From contig JANXMS010000480.1 in NCBI GenBank assembly GCA_025354525.1, positions 3,590 through 67,589 on the forward strand: 64,000 nt of DNA, written 5' to 3'. Positions 26,000 through 33,984 of this stretch are shown piece after piece; the first letter of the stretch is position 1; the number at the start of each line of letters is the position of its first letter. The translations under genes and the position numbers were made by a program. A model generated the notes under the pieces. The model was given only the letters and a program-made list of their open reading frames with translations, made no database searches and was not told the DNA's origin. This DNA is from Acidobacteriota bacterium. Its GTDB lineage: Bacteria > Acidobacteriota > Terriglobia > Bryobacterales > Bryobacteraceae.

Positions 26000-28773
26000 C
26001 TCCGGAACGCTACGAACGCATCGGCGAACTCTTCGATGCCGCCCTCGACCTTGCTCCGGATGATCGCGACGGCTACCTGTCACAAGCCTGCGCCGGCGAC
26101 GAAACGCTGCGGGCGGAGGTCGTCCTGTTGCTGGCCAACCACCAACGCGCCAGGAATTTTCTCGCGCCCTCCGAGCCGCTCATCGATTCCATCGGACCCT
26201 ACAAAATCCAGCGCCAACTCGGCGAAGGCGGCATGGGCACCGTCTACCTGGCCCTGCAGGAAACGCCCCTCCGCCGCGAAGTAGCTCTGAAAGTGATAAA
26301 ACCCGGCATGGGCTCGAAAGCCATCATTGCCCGCTTTGAAGGCGAACGCCGGGCGCTTGCCTTGATGGACCATCCGAACATCGCCCATGTGCTGGATGCG
26401 GGAGCCACCGCCCAGGGCCTGCCCTACTTCGTCATGGAGTTCGTCGACGGCTTGCCAGTAACGCGCTACTGCGAGCAGCACAATTTCAGCGTCCGGCAAC
26501 GCATCGAACTCTTCATCCCAATCTGCCAAGCCATCCACCACGCCCACCAGAAGGGTGTCATCCACCGCGACATCAAACCCTCAAACGTCCTGGTGAAACA
26601 GGTGGAGGGCCTCGCGATCCCCAAAGTAATCGACTTCGGTTTGGCCAAGGCGCTCCACCCGGAAACGACCGGCGATACGATGATGACCAACGTCGGAGTC
26701 ATCCTGGGCACCTTGCAATATATGAGCCCGGAACAAGCCCAAACTGGTGGAAGTGATATTGACACCCGAAGCGACGTCTTCTCCCTCGGAGCGCTGCTCT
26801 ACGAACTCCTCACCGGGTCCACGCCTCTCGATGCCAAACGCCTCGCCCTGGAAAACTATCACGCCTTGCTGGAACGCGTGTGCGACGAAGAGCCCGTCGC
26901 GCCCAGCGTCCGCCGCCGCGAAAGCGCCGCTTCTGCCCTCTCCGGCACGCTTGACCGCGAACTCGACTGGATCCCTCTCAAGGCCCTCGAAAAAGAACGC
27001 GACCGCCGCTATGAATCGGTCAACGGCATGGTCCGCGATCTGGAACGCTATCTGGCCGGCGAGCCCGTCGAAGCCGCGCCCCCGTCCCGTGCCTATCGAG
27101 CCCGCAAGTTTGTCCGCCGCAACCGACTCAGCTTCGCCGTCGCCTCGGCCTTCTTGCTCCTGCTCGTCGCGGCCGTCGTCGTCAGCGCCTCCCTGGCCGT
27201 TCGCGCCCGCCAGGCGGAACAGGAAGCCTCCGCCGTCAACACCTTCCTGCGCAGGGATGTCCTCGCCCAAGCCGATCCCCGCAATCAGGCCAAGCCCAAC
27301 ACCCCCCCGGATGCCAACCTCACCGTACGCACCGCCCTCGACCGGGCCGCCCGCGGCATCGCCGGCAAATTCCCGCGCGAGCCGCTCGTCGACGCCGCCA
27401 TTCGCGACTCGATCGCCCACGCCTACCAAGGCCTGGGCATCTATCCCAAAGCCGAGGAGCAGGCCCAGCGCGCCCTGGAATTGCGGCGCAACACGCTGGG
27501 AGAAAGTCACCGGCTGACGCTCGAAAGCCGGCAAATGCTCGCCATGCTCGTCTCCGTCCAGGGCCGCTATCGGGATTCCGAGCCCATGTTCACGGCTCTG
27601 TTGGCCGATTGCCGCAAAAGCTTGGGGCCGGACGATCCAGACACGCTGGAGGCTTGGGCCGCACTCGCCCGGTCTTATAATTTGCAGGGCAAATTTGAAC
27701 CGGCTCTCGAACAATTCAGGCAAGTAGAAGCGGCTTATTCCCGGGTGCTTGGCGCGGAGCATCCAAGCACGCTCAGCACCATGGAAAGCCGCGGCTCCGT
27801 CTACTTCGCACAAAGAAAATTGGATCAGGCCGAGGCGTTGCAGGCCAAGGTGTTGGCGGCGCGGAAGCGGACTCTTAGCGAGGAGCATCCAGACACCCTA
27901 CGCGCCATGACAAGTCTGGCGGCGACCTATCATGTCCAGGTCCGGTACCCTCTGGCCGAGGAGTTGTACCGCCGCGCTTTGGCGATTCAACGCCGGGTAA
28001 ACGGAGTGCCCCACCCCGAAACGTTGATCACCATGTTCAATTTGGGCACGCTCCTCACCAACCAGGCACGGCATGCCGAAGCGCTCACTTTGCTCGAAGA
28101 AAACCGCGCCGCGCGCGGAGCCGTCTATCCGCCCGATCATCCCCGCACGTTGCGCCTGCTCGTGAACTTGTCCTATCTCTACGGTAGATTGGGGCGGGTC
28201 GCGGACGAATTGCGCATGTTGGAAGAAGCGTACGCCGGGCAACGGCGCGTCCTCGGCCCCGACCATCCAGACACCTTGACGTCGATGGTCTCCCTCGCCG
28301 ATCTCCATGCCAAGTCGCAGCCAGACCGTGCCGAAGCCTTGGCTCGCGACGCCCTGAAAGGGCTGCGCGGACGCTTCGGACCAACGCATCCGGACACTGT
28401 CTCGGCGGTGTGTTCGCTGGCGAAGCTGCTGCAAGCGCGCAAGCAATATGCCGAGGCCGAACGGATCATCCGCGAGTCCCTCGGGGCGCAGCAGGGTCAG
28501 GCCGGAACTCCGGGCTACCGGCTTCGCCTGATGAGCCAACTGGGTGAGGTCCTCGCTGCGCAACCCGACCGTTGGAACGAAGCTGAGCCGCTCCTCCTCG
28601 AAGCGTACGAAGCGATGACACCCGGCAAGAACTTGGAAGAGATTGAGGTTTTCGAGGAAGCGGGTAAGCGCGTGGTGGACTTCTACACCGCCAAAGGCCT
28701 CCCGGCCAAGGCTGCCGAGTGGCGGCGACGCGTGGAAGCGGACGTTCTAAAAAGCAAGACGATTCTTCAATAG
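25996..28773 (+). CDS. Ser/Thr protein kinase with one TM segment and a long TPR region
   Basis: Kinase motifs GEGGMGTVYLA, VALKVIK, HRDIKPSNVL, DFGLAK, YMSPEQ. TM segment LSFAVASAFLLLLVAAVVVSASLAV. More than 10 TPR-like repeats (HPDTL/HPSTL periodicity). Confidence 0.9.
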   Translation: MTPERYERIGELFDAALDLAPDDRDGYLSQACAGDETLRAEVVLLLANHQRARNFLAPSEPLIDSIGPYKIQRQLGEGGMGTVYLALQETPLRREVALKVIKPGMGSKAIIARFEGERRALALMDHPNIAHVLDAGATAQGLPYFVMEFVDGLPVTRYCEQHNFSVRQRIELFIPICQAIHHAHQKGVIHRDIKPSNVLVKQVEGLAIPKVIDFGLAKALHPETTGDTMMTNVGVILGTLQYMSPEQAQTGGSDIDTRSDVFSLGALLYELLTGSTPLDAKRLALENYHALLERVCDEEPVAPSVRRRESAASALSGTLDRELDWIPLKALEKERDRRYESVNGMVRDLERYLAGEPVEAAPPSRAYRARKFVRRNRLSFAVASAFLLLLVAAVVVSASLAVRARQAEQEASAVNTFLRRDVLAQADPRNQAKPNTPPDANLTVRTALDRAARGIAGKFPREPLVDAAIRDSIAHAYQGLGIYPKAEEQAQRALELRRNTLGESHRLTLESRQMLAMLVSVQGRYRDSEPMFTALLADCRKSLGPDDPDTLEAWAALARSYNLQGKFEPALEQFRQVEAAYSRVLGAEHPSTLSTMESRGSVYFAQRKLDQAEALQAKVLAARKRTLSEEHPDTLRAMTSLAATYHVQVRYPLAEELYRRALAIQRRVNGVPHPETLITMFNLGTLLTNQARHAEALTLLEENRAARGAVYPPDHPRTLRLLVNLSYLYGRLGRVADELRMLEEAYAGQRRVLGPDHPDTLTSMVSLADLHAKSQPDRAEALARDALKGLRGRFGPTHPDTVSAVCSLAKLLQARKQYAEAERIIRESLGAQQGQAGTPGYRLRLMSQLGEVLAAQPDRWNEAEPLLLEAYEAMTPGKNLEEIEVFEEAGKRVVDFYTAKGLPAKAAEWRRRVEADVLKSKTILQ

Positions 28774-28839
28774 TTGCGGCGCCCCTCGCATCGGCTGTGG
28801 ATCTTCCCCCAAAACGCGGCTCCCCAGCGAATCGAATCT

Positions 28840-29812
28840 TTGTACTCGGCGTTGACACTCGCCTGCTGCGGCTTGAAAAAATCAAAATGCCCCCATCGAC
28901 ATCAAGGCCGCCGAAGGCATCCGCTTCACCCAGGCTTACGCCGACTGTACCGTCTGCGCCCCCTCCCGCTCCGCCTTCATGACCGGCTATCATAAGGGCC
29001 ACAATGAGAAAGTGCTACGCTCGTCAGATTTCGTGCCACCCGAGCTCTTCAAAATAGCGGGTTACAGAACCGGCATGTTCGGCAAGTGGGGCCTCGGAGG
29101 CGTCGGCTATGGGGGCTACCCCACCCAAAAAGGTTGGGACACCTTCGTCGGCCTCTTCAGCCGGCCGCAGGCCCTCACGTACTACCCCGACATGCTTCTC
29201 GGCGGCGACCTGCCCTCGAACTCCAGGGCAACTGGGGCGGCGAAAAGAAGCCGTGCGCCCCCGCTCTCTACTTCGCCTCCACCATCCCCCACGCCAACAA
29301 CGAGCTCGGCCGCGACTCGGGTGACGGCATCGAAATGCCCCCTACTCCGGATAACCCTGGCCCCGCCGCGACCGCGACATCGCCCGCCTTCTCGATAATC
29401 TCAAGCAACTCGGCCTCGACAACAACACCCTCGTGTTCCTCCGGTCCCTTGCGCGGCACCAAGCGGAGCCTCACCGAAGGCGGCATCCGCGTCCCCTTCC
29501 TCGCCCCGCTGGCCCGGCAAGATCAACCGCAACCTCCTGGGAAATGATGGCCACCTGTGCCGAACTCACAAACCAAGCCGTTCCGAAAGATACTGACGGC
29601 CTCTCGATTCCGCCCGCCCTTGCCGGCGGCAAACCAAAGACTTTTATGGGGAGTTCCACAAAGGCGGTTTCAAACACGCCCTCTTCGATCTCGCGCAGAA
29701 CCTCAACGAAACCACCGATCTAGCCAAGCAATTCCCCGAAATCGCCAGCCGCATGAGGACCCTCCTCCACTCCGTCCGCACTAAGTCCGCCGATTTCCCT
29801 ACTCGCAGATAA
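28840..29812 (+). pseudogene. Decayed paralog of the 21909..23225 sulfatase (5'-truncated, many internal deletions and frameshifts)
   Basis: Long near-identical DNA runs are shared with the intact copy (ctcccgctccgccttcatgaccgg, ggcatgttcggcaagtggggcctcgg, ctacttcgcctccaccatcccccacgccaacaacga, ctcaccgaaggcggcatccgcgtccc). Coding pieces are split over all three + frames. About 970 nt remain against 1317-1335 nt in the intact copy. The start coordinate is approximate. Confidence 0.85.
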
Positions 29813-29826
29813 GCTTGTAACCAAGG

Positions 29827-29937
29827 GCAACTCTATCTCCGCGCCCCGCCCAAATGCAGCTCTTCGATAAGATGGTGCCCCTCAGTTTTTTCGGACCTAC
29901 TGCAAAGGCTATAAGCGCTAAGCGCCCCGGTTGTTTC
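29827..29937 (+). repeat. Degenerate 5' fragment paralogous to the first 36 codons of the gene at 30091
   Basis: ATLSPRPAQMQLFDKMVPLSFFGPTAKAISAKRPGCF versus MLTLRPAQMQVFEAMALQSFLEASAKHIRSRLPGCC (30091-30198). Same reading frame, no start codon at the equivalent position. Confidence 0.6.
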
Positions 29938-30090
29938 GACAACATAATCGCATTCGATGTGCAGCATATTTGCGGCCACACCAGACACCCCCTTCCTCTC
30001 CCGATAGCCCAGCAATATCAACTCTCCGACCATCCCTCCTCGCCGCCGACACCGATACCCCGTCCGCCGAAAACCAGATATACTTTTGAA

Positions 30091-30474
30091 ATGCTGACAC
30101 TCCGGCCTGCCCAAATGCAGGTCTTTGAGGCGATGGCCTTGCAGAGCTTTCTCGAAGCCTCTGCCAAGCACATCCGGTCTCGACTCCCGGGCTGTTGTCT
30201 CCAACTCTCCGAGCCCGCCCTCGTCCAGCTCCTCGAAAAAGCCTTCGAAGAAGCTTCCGCCTTCGGCGTTGACCAACGCGAGGATCTAGTCCCGTTCTTC
30301 GACCTAGTCGCGGCCCACGGTCTGGCCTTCTCCACCACCCCGAACTTGTCCTGGGCCGCCCCCCTCCTCGCCGACCCCGCGCTCTCCGGTGACGTCAAAA
30401 TCGCTTTCCTTTACGAACGCCTCCCCCTCCGCCTCCACCCTTCCACGATCTCCCAAATGGCACCGCCGAAATGA
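30091..30474 (+). CDS. Hypothetical small helical protein (first gene of the orphan operon)
   Basis: 127 aa from ATG 30091 (MLTLRPAQMQVFEAMALQSFLEASAKHIRSRLP...). The ORF is open back to ATG 29854, but that part is the degenerate duplicate plus a Pro-rich linker. No family name recognised. Confidence 0.5.
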   Translation: MLTLRPAQMQVFEAMALQSFLEASAKHIRSRLPGCCLQLSEPALVQLLEKAFEEASAFGVDQREDLVPFFDLVAAHGLAFSTTPNLSWAAPLLADPALSGDVKIAFLYERLPLRLHPSTISQMAPPK

Positions 30475-31766
30475 GTCAAACGCTCGCCGTTAAACGCTGC
30501 GAAAAGATGACCGCCACAGTCAAACTCTGCGCCGAAGCCCTCCGCCCCAATGATCATGGGGAAGACATCATCGGCGTCCCCGGAATCGTCATGGAACTCA
30601 TTCGCAACGGCAATCCCGTCGAATCCATCACCACCACCGCCTCGGGTTTAGTCGCATTCGCCTCCGTCGGCATTACCCCTGCCAACATGGGAAACTACTC
30701 CGTCCGCGCCATCGTCGGCCCCGGTGTCGTGGGTACGTACGCCTTCCGCGTCGATCCCTCCCAGAACGCCGAACGTGGCAACCTGTTCAACAAAACCGGC
30801 AAAGCCTACGTCCATAAAATCAGCTTCTACTTCACCACCGGTTGGGTCGCCGTCCGGGTTCGCAACGCGACCGGGGCCCTTCTCACGGGGGTAACCGTCT
30901 CCCTAACCTCCCCCATCGGCCCCGCCATCCTCAAAACCCTCGCCAAGGCCGACCTCCTCGCCGATGGCTCCTACCGCCTCGAACCCACCCCCGCCGGCAA
31001 CTATCAAATCTCCTTTCCCGATTTCGATCAGGACTCCTGGGCTGTCAACACCGCCCCTCCACCCGTCCGGCCCCTCAACTACTTCGCCCGCCCGAAACAC
31101 GAAGATCCCCCCGGCCCCGGCCATACCGTCGTCGTCGGCGATTGCGCCTGGTCGCTCGCCGTTACTTACGCCGTCACGGAGGACGCGATCTGGGCCCACG
31201 TCCCCAACCAAGCCCTCACCGCCACCTACCCAAACCGATACACCCTCCTTCCCGGCCAGACGGTCCAAATTCCCCGCCGCCCCAAATCTGTTACCTGCGC
31301 GAGCAGCGCCTGTCACGATTTCCTCATTCCTGATCCGCCCACTCGGGAACTCATCGTCCGTCTCGTCGACTGGGGCCAGCCAGCTCCCATCGGCCTAGTC
31401 GGGACTGTCGCAATCACCAATCACCCCGACCTCGCCGTCACCACCGAAGCCGGAGGCGTCCTCAAAATTCCCATCCCCTTCGGTGCCACCGCCGCCAAGC
31501 TCACTCTCCCCGAATTCGGCCTCAAAGAGTACACTCTTCAACTCGGTCATCTCGCCCCTATCGAATCTCCCGAAGGCGTCCGCCAAAGGCTCTCAAACCT
31601 CGGTCTGTTCGTTGATCCTCCGGATGTCCTCGACAGACCCGCCGCCCTCCTCCAAGCGGTTAACGGCTTCCAAAAGCTCAAAACCATTCCCCTGGTCGAC
31701 CCCGATCCCCTCGGCAAAGTCAACTCAGCCACCAGCGATGCCCTAGTCGCCGCCTGCGGATCGTAA
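30471..31766 (+). CDS. Hypothetical protein with a LysM-like motif and a C-terminal peptidoglycan-binding-like domain
   Basis: 431 aa, ATGA overlap with the upstream gene, no signal peptide. Two beta-sandwich-like segments (..GNYSVRAIVGP, ..AGNYQISFPDFD). LysM-like HTVVVGDCAWSLAVTYAVTEDAIWAHVPN..LLPGQTVQIP. PG_binding_1-like EGVRQRLSNLGLFVD..AVNGFQKL. Confidence 0.6.
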   Translation: MSQTLAVKRCEKMTATVKLCAEALRPNDHGEDIIGVPGIVMELIRNGNPVESITTTASGLVAFASVGITPANMGNYSVRAIVGPGVVGTYAFRVDPSQNAERGNLFNKTGKAYVHKISFYFTTGWVAVRVRNATGALLTGVTVSLTSPIGPAILKTLAKADLLADGSYRLEPTPAGNYQISFPDFDQDSWAVNTAPPPVRPLNYFARPKHEDPPGPGHTVVVGDCAWSLAVTYAVTEDAIWAHVPNQALTATYPNRYTLLPGQTVQIPRRPKSVTCASSACHDFLIPDPPTRELIVRLVDWGQPAPIGLVGTVAITNHPDLAVTTEAGGVLKIPIPFGATAAKLTLPEFGLKEYTLQLGHLAPIESPEGVRQRLSNLGLFVDPPDVLDRPAALLQAVNGFQKLKTIPLVDPDPLGKVNSATSDALVAACGS

Positions 31767-31770
31767 CCGA

Positions 31771-33963
31771 ATGACCTACAAGCTCGACAACGACAACACT
31801 CCCAATAAGTTTTCCGCACTCTACAGCGTATCCATCGCTCGGTTGATCCAACTGAATCCCGTCCACGCCCTCGCCCTCGGCGGGGACCCCGATGGCGAAC
31901 TCGTCGGCATCGACAAACTGGAAGTCGGCGGCGTCGCGATCCTGGGCTTCGGGAAAGCCATCAATCAAGAGCTCCTGGATAAATACGGCGTCAACACCAT
32001 TGCCGCCTTTAAAGACCTGAACGACCGTCATGCCGACGTCCTTCAACGCTGTTTCGACGCTCCCAGGGCGATGGGCAAGCGGGCTCCCTACGATGTCAAA
32101 AACCTTATCGTCGTTCACGACGGCACCCCGCCCGTCGTTGTTCCCCTCGGTCCTGTCAGCGACCCCAACCCCACGTTCGAATGGCTCTTCTACGAGACCC
32201 GTGCCAACGCCACGGTCTACCAGAAAGAACCCCTCGTGCTCGCCTACGGCCTCTACGCTGCCCCTCTCGACCACCGCGCCGAAGTCGTCGCCTCTCGCGA
32301 ACTACCCAAGATTCTCGCCGATGCGTTCTTCCCCGGAATGTCCGTCTCCGAAGTCCAAGCCTTCTCCGATCAATCCTGCCGCTGGCGAGTTCTCAACGCC
32401 GCCGCGCCCATCCCCCTCTCCCCTCCCAACTCGCCCGCCTCCCAACTAATCTCTCGCACCGAAGCCGTCATCCATTCCCCCCAGATGGTCGTGTTCCCGT
32501 ATAACTATTTCGCCAACGATACCTTAACTCACTCCATCGGCACCACCGTCGAAACCGACATCGTGCCCGGTCCGGCCTACCGTCTCAAAAAATGCTGGCC
32601 GCTCTGGGAAACCGCTTCCCGCTCCAGCGTCTCCATCCTTGAACCCACTGCCATCGCCGATCTCGCTCCGTCCAAACGCCTCGATACCCAGTGGCCGTTC
32701 CGCTCGAAACTCCCGGTTCCTGGCGGAGCCATCCCCGCCAAATTCGTCGGTGAAATCTTCGACTTCGCTGGCTTTAAAAACGACAACTGCTACTCCGTCA
32801 AAACCGGCGTCCGCTGGCTTGGCAATAAGCCCCAAGGCCACAAGGATAGCTCCGATAAAGACGTTCTCGAATCCAACGCCCTCCTCGCCAGCATGAGGAG
32901 CGACTGGGCCGAATACGTCGAAGAACAAATCGGCCCTTCTCCGTTTCTCATCGTCCTGCGTGAACTCCTCACCGTCACGTACAAGAACGCCACGCCCGGC
33001 AGAGACTACCGCGACGGCTTCCAAATCCGCGACCTTCGCCCCCTCACCACCGACAAAAGTTACTTTCCCCCCCTCAGCATCCCCTTCGGCGGTCAGGAGT
33101 TCTTTACCAAATTCCAGTCCCTCAACCCCCAATCCATCCATACCTACGAATCGTTCTGGGGCGAACACTACGCCGCCGCTCTCGGTCGCGCCAAAGCCGA
33201 ATTCCTCCTCCGCTACGGCCTCCAACTCACCACCCCTAACGCCCAGAACATGCTCATCGAGTTCGACCGGGCTACCTTCATCCCCACCGGCCGCATCGTC
33301 ATCCGCGACATCGGCGATGCCAAACTCCACTCCGAAGTCATCGCCCGCCTCGGCACGGGCCAACCCGTCATCGAATACGAACTCCGCAACCCCGCCCGTC
33401 CCGGCTACCTCCCCGCCCAAACCAACAACGCTGACCGCGCTCTCGACGACAAACCGCATGACCGCCTCAGCATGTACCCCCTCGATACCCGCACCCACTG
33501 GCACCAGTACTCCTCCTTCGGGGAACAATACGGTCGCCTCCAACTCCCTGACAAGACCATGACCACCGTCCGCTGGGGCCGCGCCCACTTCACCGCCTAT
33601 GTCGACCACCTCGCTACCGTCCTTGAAGAACCCGACTTGCGCGTCCCCGTCTTCGGCCAGGAAGCCTGGGATAATCTCCTCGCCCCCTCCCACCCCATCA
33701 ATCCAAAAGTGGAAACCTACCTCCTCAAGGACTACCGCGCCAGGGCGCTACAACTACGAGACAACGCCATTCCCTCCTACGTCGCCACCGTGGCCGAAAT
33801 CACCCCAGCCATCCTCGACCGCATGATCCAAGACAAAGTCATCGACGACAACGCCGCCGGCATCGTCGAGCGAACCCTCGAAGCCTTCACCGACGAAATC
33901 CTCCACGCTAAGCTTTGCGCGACCACCGTGCTCGACAAAATCAAAACGAAGTGGGTCCGTTAA
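31771..33963 (+). CDS. Hypothetical 730-aa protein (LysM-like N-terminus; C-terminal half with a kinase/NIS-synthetase-like loop pair)
   Basis: It starts 4 nt after the previous stop and has no signal peptide. YKLDNDNTPNKFSALYSVSIARLIQLNP..LEVGGVAIL (LysM-like). LLRYGLQLTTPNAQNMLIEFD..TGRIVIRDIGDAKLH. No other signature recognised. Confidence 0.6.
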   Translation: MTYKLDNDNTPNKFSALYSVSIARLIQLNPVHALALGGDPDGELVGIDKLEVGGVAILGFGKAINQELLDKYGVNTIAAFKDLNDRHADVLQRCFDAPRAMGKRAPYDVKNLIVVHDGTPPVVVPLGPVSDPNPTFEWLFYETRANATVYQKEPLVLAYGLYAAPLDHRAEVVASRELPKILADAFFPGMSVSEVQAFSDQSCRWRVLNAAAPIPLSPPNSPASQLISRTEAVIHSPQMVVFPYNYFANDTLTHSIGTTVETDIVPGPAYRLKKCWPLWETASRSSVSILEPTAIADLAPSKRLDTQWPFRSKLPVPGGAIPAKFVGEIFDFAGFKNDNCYSVKTGVRWLGNKPQGHKDSSDKDVLESNALLASMRSDWAEYVEEQIGPSPFLIVLRELLTVTYKNATPGRDYRDGFQIRDLRPLTTDKSYFPPLSIPFGGQEFFTKFQSLNPQSIHTYESFWGEHYAAALGRAKAEFLLRYGLQLTTPNAQNMLIEFDRATFIPTGRIVIRDIGDAKLHSEVIARLGTGQPVIEYELRNPARPGYLPAQTNNADRALDDKPHDRLSMYPLDTRTHWHQYSSFGEQYGRLQLPDKTMTTVRWGRAHFTAYVDHLATVLEEPDLRVPVFGQEAWDNLLAPSHPINPKVETYLLKDYRARALQLRDNAIPSYVATVAEITPAILDRMIQDKVIDDNAAGIVERTLEAFTDEILHAKLCATTVLDKIKTKWVR

Positions 33964-33984
33964 CTTCCCTGTATACTGTCCGCG

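Noticed and set aside
26581-27888. Long antisense or off-frame ORFs inside well-supported genes. Examples: 26581..27888(-), 27898..28563(-), 32524..33693(-), 34096..35193(-), 53104..54054(-), 41841..42632(-), 5881..7056(+), 3231..4187(-), 36829..38121(+), 37673..38569(+), 39069..39743(-), 60220..60912(-), 61884..62357(-).
   Set aside because: Their translations are low-complexity and rich in Gly, Arg, Pro, Ala, Asp or Glu. That is typical of the stop-poor alternative frames of a GC-rich genome. Each lies opposite or out of frame to a gene with clear family motifs, and none shows a recognisable motif.
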